From the NCBI GenBank assembly GCA_047602425.1, contig JASGHG010000001.1, forward strand, positions 2,272,001 to 2,336,000: DNA of 64,000 nucleotides, read 5' to 3'. Each line of letters begins with the position of its first letter. The first letter of the stretch is position 1. Positions 36,010 to 45,673 of this stretch are shown here, piece after piece. The DNA is from Nibricoccus sp. Lineage in GTDB: Bacteria; Verrucomicrobiota; Verrucomicrobiia; Opitutales; Opitutaceae. The notes under the pieces are model-generated. The model had not been told where the DNA came from, made no database searches, and was given only the letters and a program-made list of their open reading frames with translations. Both the position numbers and the translations under genes were made by a program.

Positions 36010-37581
36010 ATGAAAGCATCGATGCCATGGCTGCTGCTTGCCTGGACGCTTTGTGTCGTGCAGGCAAATGCCTGGCAATCCGACCTAGGCGACGGGACTT
36101 ATGCGAATCCGCCGCTCTATGCCGACTATCCGGACCCAGATATCATCCGGGTGGGGGAGAATTTTTATTTTGCAACCACCACCTTTGCCAACACGCCTGG
36201 CCTCACGATTCTGCAATCGCAGGATTTGGTGAACTGGAAAATAGTTTCTCACGTCATTCCCCGTCTGGACGGGCGCGAACAATACGATCTGAAAAACGGC
36301 ACGGCCTACCGGCAGGGTGTTTTTGCACCTAGCCTTCGGTTCCACAAAGGCACTTTTTATATCGCGGTGACTCCGGTTAACCAGAACACCCGTATCTACT
36401 ACGCAAAAAGCATCACCGGCCCCTGGCAGTTTCACGAACTGGACACACCCGCGTTCGACCCGGGATTGCACATCGAGGACGACGGGACGGCCTACATCGC
36501 GACCTCGGGCGGCTGGGATGGACATGTGACATTGCTCACCTTGAGCCGCGACTTTTCGAAGGTCGTCGCTGCCCGGGAAATTTTTTATTACAAAGGCGTC
36601 GAGGGTTCGAAAATCGTCAAACGCGGCGACTGGTATTACGTCTTCAACGCACTGCCTTCCAAGCTCGCTTTGACCTGCTCGCGCGCGAGATCGTTATTTG
36701 GCCCCTACGAAACCATCGTATCGCTCGACGACACCCGGGGTGGGCATCAGGGCGCCATCGTCGATCTCCCCGATGGCAGTTGGTACGGCTTTATCATGCG
36801 CGATTGCGGTGCCGTTGGACGAATGACGAATTTATGTCCGATTTTTTGGAAAGACGACTGGCCGGTTTGGGGCACGCCCGACGAGCCCGGCCGCGTTCCT
36901 GCGACGGCGCGCAAGCCGATTCAAGGGAAGCCAATTTGCCAGCCGCCGACTTCCGACGATTTCGAATCCCCAACGCTCGGACTTCAATGGCAGTGGAATC
37001 ACAATCCCGACGACACCCGCTGGTCGCTTACCGAACGCCGCGGCTGGCTGAGGCTGCGGGCAACGGTTGCTAAAGATTTCTGGCGCGCGCGCAACACGCT
37101 GACCCAAAAAGGACAGGGGCCCGCGAGCCGGGGTGAAGTGAAGTTCGACCTCCGCGGACTAAAATCTGGCGATATTTGCGGGTTCGGTACGCTGGGGAAG
37201 ATTAACGGGCACATTGCGGCTCGTGTCGCGACCGACGGGTCGGTTACGCTTGAGATGAACGTCATCGTCGACGGCGGCGCGTCAGAAAACCGCGTTGTCG
37301 CGAAGCCAATCGCTCGGGAGGATCTTTATCTGCGCACGTCATTGGATTTTTTGCGCAACAAAGGCAGCTGCGCCTACAGCCTCGATGGGAAGCAATGGAC
37401 GGAGCTTGGAGGTGAATTCGACCTGGCTTTCGACTGGCGCACAGGAACCTTCCAGGGCGAGCAGTTTGCAATTTACTGTTACAACCCGGAACCGGGAGGC
37501 GGCGTTGTTGATGTTGATTGGTTTAAGTTCAACGATTCACCGCCGGTGAAGGACACGGAAAAAACAAAGGGAGACCAATGA
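36010..37581 (+). CDS. GH43 beta-xylosidase/arabinofuranosidase with C-terminal beta-sandwich
   Basis: NP-LYADYPDPDIIRVG, FAPSLR, FDP, EGSK, HQG, LGLQWQWNHNP. Confidence 0.9.
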   Translation: MKASMPWLLLAWTLCVVQANAWQSDLGDGTYANPPLYADYPDPDIIRVGENFYFATTTFANTPGLTILQSQDLVNWKIVSHVIPRLDGREQYDLKNGTAYRQGVFAPSLRFHKGTFYIAVTPVNQNTRIYYAKSITGPWQFHELDTPAFDPGLHIEDDGTAYIATSGGWDGHVTLLTLSRDFSKVVAAREIFYYKGVEGSKIVKRGDWYYVFNALPSKLALTCSRARSLFGPYETIVSLDDTRGGHQGAIVDLPDGSWYGFIMRDCGAVGRMTNLCPIFWKDDWPVWGTPDEPGRVPATARKPIQGKPICQPPTSDDFESPTLGLQWQWNHNPDDTRWSLTERRGWLRLRATVAKDFWRARNTLTQKGQGPASRGEVKFDLRGLKSGDICGFGTLGKINGHIAARVATDGSVTLEMNVIVDGGASENRVVAKPIAREDLYLRTSLDFLRNKGSCAYSLDGKQWTELGGEFDLAFDWRTGTFQGEQFAIYCYNPEPGGGVVDVDWFKFNDSPPVKDTEKTKGDQ

Positions 37582-37582
37582 T

Positions 37583-39676
37583 ATGAACACTTTACTTCGC
37601 AGCCTTTTTGTCTGCGCGGTGACGGTTTGGCTCGGAACTATTGGCCATGCCGGCATCACCGTGCAGCAGAATATTGGTGCCGGCGCCAGCAGTTGGCCGG
37701 GCACACCGCTTGTCAGCACGACGAGCATCGTCAATACACAGTCTTCGGTGGCGGAAAGCTTCTCGGCGCCAGCGTCCAGTTACGGACAGACGTTCACGAT
37801 GCCCGCCGGCAGCAACTATACGCTACAGACAATTTATCTTTACGCTGGAGGCGGTGGGGGCACGAGCGGTGCAGCTCCGGTCACCGTCAACCTATTCGAC
37901 CTGGGTGCGATCGCGGCTCCGAACCCCAGCCCGTATTCGGCGAACGCCAATCTGCTGGGCGCGGGAAATGGCGCCTCGATCACCTATGTCACCCAAGTGG
38001 CTGGCTTGCTGCGGCTCGATTTCACCGGGGACGATCAGGTGACGCTCGCTGCGGGCCACATGTACGTGCTCGAAATTTCAGGCGTGAGTGGCACGAATCC
38101 CATCGGCTGGTACCGAACCACGACCGACACCTATCTCGGCGGGGCGGGGTACCGAAACCGGAGCTGGATCAACGGGTCGAATGCCCGCGATTTTTCCATG
38201 GCGGTCTACGGCATTGTTACAACGAACCAACCAGAACCGACAAGCTGCACGGTGAACGCGGCTTCGACGAAACAACGGATCGACGGCTTCGGCGCCGGCG
38301 TGGTTTTTCTTAACAATGGCATCACCAACCTCACCGATGCGCAGATGGATCAACTCTACGGCCGATCGGGCACGCAGGCCGGGCTGACCTTGCTCCGCGT
38401 GCGCATTTCGCCCACCGGCGACAACACCTACAATCTCCTCGACGCACAGAAAGCTCATGCCCGCGGCGCGAAAATCCTCGCCACGCCTTGGACGCCTCCT
38501 GCGGCGATGAAGGACAACAATGCTTTGATTCATGGTTCGTTGTTGCCCTCGCAGTACAGCGCTTACGTTGCATACCTAAACGACTACGTGAACTACATGG
38601 CGACCAATGGCGTTCCCATCGCCGTGATCTCGCTTCAGAACGAGCCCGATTGGGACCCGGACTACGAGGGCTGTAAATGGACGGCGGAGCAGTTTCGCGT
38701 TTTCTGCCGCGATTACGCAGGTTCGATCTCAGTACCGGTAATGATGCCGGAATCTCTAAACTTTAACCAGGCTCTCTCCGACCCGACGCTGAGCGATCCA
38801 GTGGCGCTGGGTAACATCGATTATATTGGCGGGCATCTCTATGGAGCTTTGATCAAAGACTATCCCATGGCGCGCACGCTCAATCTTCCCCTGTGGATGA
38901 CGGAGTATTTGGAAAACGATCAAACCATTGAATCCGCCGTCACGACGGGACGTCAGATCATCGATTGCCTCACCACGGGCTACATGAGTGCTTATATCTG
39001 GTGGAAGTGCATTGGCGATGCCAATGGGTTGTTGAACAATGCCGGCGTCCCACAGCGTCGTAGCTACGTCGTGGCGCAGTTCAGTCGTTTTGCGCGGCCA
39101 GGCGATTATCGCGTCGACGTGACAGGCAACACCAGTCCGATGGGTGTGACCGCGTTCAGGGATTTGAGCAGCGATCGTTTCTCAATCGTCGTGGCCAACA
39201 ACACCACGATCGCCGTCAATCACACGTTCAATCTCCAAGGAATAACGCTTTCGTCGGTGACGCCTTTCGTCACGTCGAGCACGCAATCACTCGAAGCGCA
39301 AACACCGGTCGCGGTCAGCAGCGGTGCGTTTACATACGCAGTTCCGCCGAACGCTGTCGTCACGTTTGCGAGCGGGTCGAGCAGTTCGAGTTCTTCCAGT
39401 AGCTCGTCATCGTCGTCGTCAAGCAGTTCGTCCTCGAGTAGTAGCTCTTCGTCTTCATCCAGCAGTTCGTCCTCAAGCAGCAGTTCCAGTTCGTCGTCTT
39501 CCAGCAGTGGCGGCGCTCCATCGCCTCAGCCTCCATCCAGCGGCGGAGGTGGGGGTGGTGGCGCAAATACGCCGTGGCATGTGGGGTTGTTCGGTGTTTT
39601 ATATGCCGTCCGTACTTGGCAGAAGCGCGCTGTGCGCCAATCAATATCAATGTCTTCAAAAACCTCTTCGCGATGA
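37583..39676 (+). CDS. Secreted GH30 xylanase: unknown N-domain, GH30 domain, poly-Ser linker, Gly-rich membrane anchor
   Basis: Collinear paralogue of 16091-18265; QNEPD and WMTEY; 44-Ser run at 39377-39508; tail GGGGGGGANTPW, hydrophobic stretch, RTWQKR. Confidence 0.88.
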   Translation: MNTLLRSLFVCAVTVWLGTIGHAGITVQQNIGAGASSWPGTPLVSTTSIVNTQSSVAESFSAPASSYGQTFTMPAGSNYTLQTIYLYAGGGGGTSGAAPVTVNLFDLGAIAAPNPSPYSANANLLGAGNGASITYVTQVAGLLRLDFTGDDQVTLAAGHMYVLEISGVSGTNPIGWYRTTTDTYLGGAGYRNRSWINGSNARDFSMAVYGIVTTNQPEPTSCTVNAASTKQRIDGFGAGVVFLNNGITNLTDAQMDQLYGRSGTQAGLTLLRVRISPTGDNTYNLLDAQKAHARGAKILATPWTPPAAMKDNNALIHGSLLPSQYSAYVAYLNDYVNYMATNGVPIAVISLQNEPDWDPDYEGCKWTAEQFRVFCRDYAGSISVPVMMPESLNFNQALSDPTLSDPVALGNIDYIGGHLYGALIKDYPMARTLNLPLWMTEYLENDQTIESAVTTGRQIIDCLTTGYMSAYIWWKCIGDANGLLNNAGVPQRRSYVVAQFSRFARPGDYRVDVTGNTSPMGVTAFRDLSSDRFSIVVANNTTIAVNHTFNLQGITLSSVTPFVTSSTQSLEAQTPVAVSSGAFTYAVPPNAVVTFASGSSSSSSSSSSSSSSSSSSSSSSSSSSSSSSSSSSSSSSSSSSSSGGAPSPQPPSSGGGGGGGANTPWHVGLFGVLYAVRTWQKRAVRQSISMSSKTSSR

Positions 39677-42579
39677 TCTCAAAATATTGTCTCAGTCGGA
39701 ATTTCTTGCATCGCGCATTAGTGCTGGCGTTCTGGTTGCACGGGATCGCTGTGCACGCATCTTTGGGAGACGCTCCGCTCGTCACCTTCGCAGCGGAGAA
39801 AGGGGTCTTTGCGCTCGTCGAAAATAAGTCGGTCACACCACTTGTCGTAGCCGATACCGATTGGCCCGGAGTGAAACGGGCGGTGGGTAATTTGCAGGCG
39901 GATTTCGAGCGTGTAGGCGGAGTAAAACCATTGATCCAAGCGAACGTCACCTCCACGCAAAAAACCGCCGTATTCATCGGTACACTGGGCCGGAGCGCTT
40001 TGATCGACGAACTGGTTCGTACCGGCAAGATCGACGTGTCGCCCATCGCGGGACGTTGGGAAGCTTTCCTTCTTCAAGTCGTGGAGAAACCGATGGTCGG
40101 CGTCGATCGGGCGCTCGTGATCGCTGGCAGCGACAAGCGCGGCACGATCTACGGAGTTTACGAACTCTCCGAGCAAATCGGCGTTTCTCCGTGGTATTGG
40201 TGGGCCGATGTTCCGGTCACGCATCGCGACACGGTATTCATAAAACCATTACGCCACGTCGAAACAGGCCCGGCTGTGAGGTATCGCGGCATTTTTCTCA
40301 ATGACGAGGCGCCCGCTCTCACCGGCTGGGCCAAGGAAAAATTTGGCGGGCTCAACCGCGAATTCTATACAAAAGTCTTCGAACTGCTCCTGCGTTTACG
40401 GGCCAATTATCTCTGGCCTGCGATGTGGAACAACGCATTTAACGAGGACGATCCCGAAAATGCACATCTCGCGGACGAGTATGGCATCGTGATGGGTACC
40501 TCGCATCACGAACCAATGATTCGTGCCCAACAAGAATGGAAACGTCATGGAACCGGCCCGTGGAACTACAAGACCAACGGCGAAGTCTTGCGAAATTTTT
40601 GGGCCGAGGGTGTGCGTCGCAACCGCAACTTCGAAAGTCTCGTCACCATCGGCATGCGGGGCGACGGCGATGAGCCAATGAGCGAAGAGGCCAACGTCGC
40701 GTTGCTCGAAGGCATCGTGGCCGATCAGCGCACGATCCTGGCTCGCGAGGTAAATCCCGACATCACGAAAGTCCCGCAGCTTTGGGCGCTCTACAAGGAA
40801 GTGCAGGAATACTACGAACGCGGCATGCGTGTCCCCGACGACGTTACCCTGCTGTGGTGTGACGACAACTGGGGCAACATCCGCCGCCTCCCTACGCCCG
40901 AGGAACGCAAACGTTCGGGCGGAGCCGGCGTGTATTACCATTTCGATTACGTCGGTGGCCCGCGCTCTTACAAGTGGCTCAACACCGTCACGCTCTCCAA
41001 AACCTGGGAGCAGATGAATCTCGCCTGGCGCTATGGGGCCGATCGCATCTGGATTGTCAACGTCGGCGATCTCAAACCGCTGGAGTTTCCCATCGAATTT
41101 TTCATCCGGCTCGCGTGGGCTCCCGGCAAATGGCCGCACGAGCGTCTGGCCGAATTTGGCCGGCTGTGGGCTGCGCGGGAATTTGGGCCCGAATACGCCG
41201 GTGAAATTGCCGAACTTATTGCTAGATACACGAAGTTTAACGGCCGCCGAAAGCCCGAACTGCTCTCGCCTGAAACGTTCAGTCTCGTCAACTACGATGA
41301 GGCTGAGCGGATGCTTGGCGATTGGGAGCAGTTGCGAGACCGGGCGGATGCCATTGCGGCGGAGCTGCCCGTTTCTGCCCGTGATGCCTATTTCCAACTC
41401 GTCCTTTGGCCGATCAAGGCCTGCGCCAATCTAAACGAGATGTACGTCGCCGCCGCGCGAAATAAGCTCTATGCCGCGCAGGCCCGTGCCTCGACCAACT
41501 TTTGGGCCGAACGAACGCGCGAACTGTTCCGCGCTGACGCCGCCTTGACGCGCGCTTACAACGACGAACTTGCCAGCGGAAAATGGCGTCACTTTGCCGA
41601 TCAAACTCATATTGGCTACGCCGGCTGGTTTCAGCCTGAGCTTAACACAATGCCTGCCGTGGCGGAGGTGCAGATTTCGAACTTGCCGGACCTTGGGGTC
41701 GCGGTCGAGAGCCGCGCATCCGCATCGCCCAACAGCGACTACCCTCCACGCCCTCTTGTGCTGCCACCGCTCGCACCGTTCGGCGCTCCCAGCCGCTGGA
41801 TCGAAATTTTCAACCGCGGCGGCGCGCCATTCAAGTTCTCCGCAATATCGGATCAACCCTGGCTGCGCGTGCATCCTGCCGACGGCTTGCTCGAGCAAGA
41901 CCAACGGCTCACCGTCAGCGTGGACTGGCCCGCCGTCCCAAACCATGAGAAACATGCAACCATTACCATCGCCGGCGCCGGGCGAAAGATCAAGGTGGAC
42001 GTGCCGCTTGACCGCCGCCTTTCGTCCCCGCCTGCGAACATGTTTCTCGAAGACGACGGCGTAGTCGCCATCGAAGCTGTCCACTATCAACGTGCGGTCG
42101 CCGCGCCGGGCCTGAAGTGGGTGGCGCTCGCCGACCACGGGCACTCCCTTGGCGGCATAACGATTTTTCCCGTGACGGCTCCCTCGCAGAAACTGAACGC
42201 GCAGTCTCCACATCTTGAATACGACGTGGTCCTCGCCGCTGGTGGCGACGTGAAAGTCGAGGCCGTGCTTTCGCCGACTTTACCCTTTACCCCTGGCCGG
42301 GGACTGCGTTTTGCGATTTCTTTTGACGATGCCGCACCTCAGGAAATCGAGATCCATGGCGATGGCGGCGACGGTAAAGCCGAGTGGGAAAAAATCGTCG
42401 CCGACGGTGTCCGCAAAATCACCACCTCGCATAAAATTTCTGCCCCCGGCGCGCACGTGCTCAAATTCTGGCTGATCGATCCCGCTGTCGTGTTGCAACG
42501 CCTCGTAATCGATTGCGGCGCCCTCCGCCCGAGCTATCTCGGCCCCCCGGAAAGCCGTCGGCTCGAACCCAGCAAATGA
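39673..42579 (+). CDS. GH115 alpha-glucuronidase
   Basis: GSDKRGTIYG, GVSPWYWWAD, YRGIFLNDE, WPAMW, GTSHHEPM, GMRGDGD, DDNWG, YYHFDYVGGPR. ATGA overlap with the upstream stop. Confidence 0.93.
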   Translation: MISKYCLSRNFLHRALVLAFWLHGIAVHASLGDAPLVTFAAEKGVFALVENKSVTPLVVADTDWPGVKRAVGNLQADFERVGGVKPLIQANVTSTQKTAVFIGTLGRSALIDELVRTGKIDVSPIAGRWEAFLLQVVEKPMVGVDRALVIAGSDKRGTIYGVYELSEQIGVSPWYWWADVPVTHRDTVFIKPLRHVETGPAVRYRGIFLNDEAPALTGWAKEKFGGLNREFYTKVFELLLRLRANYLWPAMWNNAFNEDDPENAHLADEYGIVMGTSHHEPMIRAQQEWKRHGTGPWNYKTNGEVLRNFWAEGVRRNRNFESLVTIGMRGDGDEPMSEEANVALLEGIVADQRTILAREVNPDITKVPQLWALYKEVQEYYERGMRVPDDVTLLWCDDNWGNIRRLPTPEERKRSGGAGVYYHFDYVGGPRSYKWLNTVTLSKTWEQMNLAWRYGADRIWIVNVGDLKPLEFPIEFFIRLAWAPGKWPHERLAEFGRLWAAREFGPEYAGEIAELIARYTKFNGRRKPELLSPETFSLVNYDEAERMLGDWEQLRDRADAIAAELPVSARDAYFQLVLWPIKACANLNEMYVAAARNKLYAAQARASTNFWAERTRELFRADAALTRAYNDELASGKWRHFADQTHIGYAGWFQPELNTMPAVAEVQISNLPDLGVAVESRASASPNSDYPPRPLVLPPLAPFGAPSRWIEIFNRGGAPFKFSAISDQPWLRVHPADGLLEQDQRLTVSVDWPAVPNHEKHATITIAGAGRKIKVDVPLDRRLSSPPANMFLEDDGVVAIEAVHYQRAVAAPGLKWVALADHGHSLGGITIFPVTAPSQKLNAQSPHLEYDVVLAAGGDVKVEAVLSPTLPFTPGRGLRFAISFDDAAPQEIEIHGDGGDGKAEWEKIVADGVRKITTSHKISAPGAHVLKFWLIDPAVVLQRLVIDCGALRPSYLGPPESRRLEPSK

Positions 42580-42626
42580 TCCAACCCTCATTGCTGAATG
42601 ACGAAAAACTAAATAGACCCTGCAAA

Positions 42627-42655
42627 CGGTTTGTCATCTATTAAATGACAAACCG
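42627..42655. repeat. Palindromic REP-like element
   Basis: CGGTTTGTCATC-TATTA-AATGACAAACCG with 11-bp perfect outer arms, between convergent genes. Confidence 0.7.
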
Positions 42656-42749
42656 CTTGGGAGAATGCTCCGTCAAAAACTGAAAGTTTAAAGGTTATAC
42701 ATGCTGTCACTTACCCGATCCTGAAGCGCTGGCTAAAGCCGGTCTGGCT

Positions 42750-43961
42750 TCAAGGGACGTTGGGAGTTTTGACTGGTTCGATGATTTCGAACCGGCCGCT
42801 GACTTGAAGCAGCGCGAGGAAGTAGAGGAGACCATCGTAGTAACGGTATCGACCCGACGGAATGGGCATTTCCCAGAGGCGTTGTACGAACGGCAACCCT
42901 GTCTTTTGGTCGGCGGCGAGCGCGCCAACCGCAGCCATTGCAAAGAGACCGGACGATGAATTTTTGGAGAGCGGTTTGCCGTCCAGAGTGAATTGATTGG
43001 GGCAACTGGATCCCTGCTGACCTAAAAAAGTAAGCACGCGGTTGGCTTGTTCCGTCTGCCACGGATCGCGGCCGAACCAAGTATGATCGACAGCGACATT
43101 TGCGATGGTTCGCCAGGCGTCATAGCGGAAATCGCCCTTTTCTTTCGGACGCGGGGAACCGTCGAATTCGGCATATTCGGGCATGAGCCCCGTCTTGGGA
43201 TGTGCGGCTCGGCGGAAAAAAGCGCGGCTCGCCTTGACGCATTCAGCCCAGAAACGACGGCCATCTTCGCTGCGATCCCAACGGGCCCAAAGTTCATAAA
43301 AGGCCGGCAGGTGGTACGACGGATCAGTGAAGGTGGCGGCTTCCTTGGTTGGAGCAAAGACGACTTGTTTGTGCGTGGCATCGAAAATGGCGGTTAGGCC
43401 GTTTCCTCGATCGCCGCGCCGCATGGCATCGAGCACGGATTGCGCCTCGATGGCGTAATTGAAAATTCCTTCGCCCGAACCCCAACGATTTGCCGCGAAC
43501 AGAAGAGCCATGGCGAACCATTCCTCACCGTCACTGGCGGAACCAGGATCGATCTGGGTGCCATCGTAGCGGCAATGCCAGGCGAAGTATCCGCGTCGCG
43601 GACCGTCTGCATGGTACATGTGAGTTTTGGCCCATTTCCAAATCCGGTCGAACTCGGCGCGTTTGTCGAGTTGCACGGCGATCATCATGCCATACGACAT
43701 GCCTTCGCTGCGGACATCGTTGCTCGCGATGTCGGCGACATAAGCCATCTCGCCCGCAACTGGGTAGTAAACGCGTTGCGCCTCGTCGTTGCCGTAGAAA
43801 AGTTGTTTCCACGCTGCATCAATCTTGGCATCGATCTCGGATTTGGATTTGCCGAGTTGTTCGGTAAAGAGATTGCGCGGCGCTGCGGCCAGCGGGATGT
43901 GGCTTGTTACAAGCAACAGCAGCGCAATGAACCAGCGCGGCGGATTTTTAAAGCGTATCAT
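42750..43961 (-). CDS. Secreted GH8 xylanase/oligoxylanase
   Basis: DVRSEGMSYGMM, A-DGEEW, FTDPSYHLP, YDAWR, RYYDGLLY; signal peptide; TGATG overlap with the transporter stop. Confidence 0.9.
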   Translation of the reverse strand: MIRFKNPPRWFIALLLLVTSHIPLAAAPRNLFTEQLGKSKSEIDAKIDAAWKQLFYGNDEAQRVYYPVAGEMAYVADIASNDVRSEGMSYGMMIAVQLDKRAEFDRIWKWAKTHMYHADGPRRGYFAWHCRYDGTQIDPGSASDGEEWFAMALLFAANRWGSGEGIFNYAIEAQSVLDAMRRGDRGNGLTAIFDATHKQVVFAPTKEAATFTDPSYHLPAFYELWARWDRSEDGRRFWAECVKASRAFFRRAAHPKTGLMPEYAEFDGSPRPKEKGDFRYDAWRTIANVAVDHTWFGRDPWQTEQANRVLTFLGQQGSSCPNQFTLDGKPLSKNSSSGLFAMAAVGALAADQKTGLPFVQRLWEMPIPSGRYRYYDGLLYFLALLQVSGRFEIIEPVKTPNVP

Positions 43962-45475
43962 CAGGATGGTGCACCGGCTTTTGCCGAGGCTTTCTGCCGG
44001 CGCTCAGCGAGTTCATCGGCCATTTGCAGGGTGATTTTTTTGTTGAGCGTGCACAGCGAGATCGCAATCGCAGCGCCGAAGAAAAGAAGGCCGACGCCGA
44101 GACTGCTGGACATATGGTAGCCGTGGATCGCGTTGGGTGCGCTTGGCGCAGAGGTTTCGTAGCCCCAGAATCCACTCATGGCCCAAAGGAACACGGCGGA
44201 GCCAAGGGCGAGACCGGACTTGAGCGAGAAACCGATCGTGGCGAAAACCATGCCGGTGAAACGGCGCCCGGTTTGCCATTCGGAGTAATCGGAGGCGTCG
44301 GCGTACATTGCCCAAGCCACTGCGATGGTCGGAGCATAAACGACCGAACCGAGTGCTGCGAGTGCGAGCATTCCGGTCGTATTCGTTGGCGATAGCAGAT
44401 AGTATGCGCAGGAATTGATTCCGCCGAGCAGGAAGCCCCAGAAAATCACGGCCTTTTTGCCGAAATGTTTGGAGAGATTGGCCGAGAGGATGATGAAGAT
44501 GATCGTCGTGGCCGTGCCGACCATGTTGACGATGCTGTTGAAGACGTCGGCGACATTTCCGGGCAGGCTTTCGCGTGTGCCATGGGCAATGTAGCCTAAC
44601 CATTCTAAAACACCAGGCTGCGGCGTGAGGTCGGAGGTGGTGAGGCCGAGTTTTGCAATGAAATCGAACATCGCCGCCTTGTCGGCGTAGTGATGATAGA
44701 AATTGTAGTGCGCTCCGCCGCGATAGGTCAGCATCGCGAAGTTGAAGACCGTGAACGCCACCAGCGCCATCCACGGCTTGTTTTTCAACAGGTCGAGAAA
44801 ATCATCCTTGGGCGACGATTTTACCTCGGACACCGGCTTGATGCGCTCCTTGGTGGATAGGAATGTGACGACGAAAAGGATCAAGCAGAGCACAGCCCAG
44901 AGCGTCATCGTCATTTGCCAGCCATACTGGCGGTCGTGGGATTTGGCGAATTTCGCAACCAACGGCAAGGTACAGCCCCCGACGATGAATTGAGCGATGT
45001 TGACGGCGACGAAGCGGTAAGAATTGAGCTTGGTCCGCTCATTGAGATCGCCCGTCATGACCGCGCTCAGAGCGGAGTACGGCATGTTGTTCATCGAATA
45101 GAGCGTCATGAGGATCGTATTCGTGATGCCGGCGTAAGCGATCATCATGCCCGTGCTCCAACCCTTTGGTGTGGTGTACGCGAGAATCATCACCACGCAC
45201 CACGGGATCGCGGTCCACAGCACCCACGGGCGAAATTTGCCCCACCGGGTGTTGGTGCGGTCGGCCAGTACGCCCATGATCGGATCGAAAATGGCGTCCC
45301 ATAGGCGCGGCCACAAAAGAATCGCGGCGGCGGCGCTCGACGAGAGCCCAAAAACGTCGGTGTAGAAATTCGTTTGAAACAACACCATCGTCATGAAGAC
45401 GAAATTCGCGGCGGCATCACCGCCGCTGTAACCGACTTTTTCCAAAAACGACAGGCGCTGGATAGGGGCACTCAT
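43961..45475 (-). CDS. Glycoside-pentoside-hexuronide (GPH):cation symporter, probable xyloside importer
   Basis: EKVGYS-GD-A-N, R-WDA-FDP-MG-LADRT-TRWGKFRPW, NMPYSAL, DYSEWQTGRR. Confidence 0.9.
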   Translation of the reverse strand: MSAPIQRLSFLEKVGYSGGDAAANFVFMTMVLFQTNFYTDVFGLSSSAAAAILLWPRLWDAIFDPIMGVLADRTNTRWGKFRPWVLWTAIPWCVVMILAYTTPKGWSTGMMIAYAGITNTILMTLYSMNNMPYSALSAVMTGDLNERTKLNSYRFVAVNIAQFIVGGCTLPLVAKFAKSHDRQYGWQMTMTLWAVLCLILFVVTFLSTKERIKPVSEVKSSPKDDFLDLLKNKPWMALVAFTVFNFAMLTYRGGAHYNFYHHYADKAAMFDFIAKLGLTTSDLTPQPGVLEWLGYIAHGTRESLPGNVADVFNSIVNMVGTATTIIFIILSANLSKHFGKKAVIFWGFLLGGINSCAYYLLSPTNTTGMLALAALGSVVYAPTIAVAWAMYADASDYSEWQTGRRFTGMVFATIGFSLKSGLALGSAVFLWAMSGFWGYETSAPSAPNAIHGYHMSSSLGVGLLFFGAAIAISLCTLNKKITLQMADELAERRQKASAKAGAPS

Positions 45476-45673
45476 GGGATGCGTAAAATTAGCAGGCAGG
45501 GGAGGTGGGGCAAGACGGGAGGGCGGGGCGGGCCGGCGACAAGACGCGGCAAAACGCTCCGTGGAAAACGGCGATGCGAGTCAAAATCATTCGAGGGACG
45601 ACGCGCAAAATCACCTTAGAGCTAACAATAGACTTGAGCCGTTCCGCTGGTTTCGCCGCAATCCTTCATCCCC

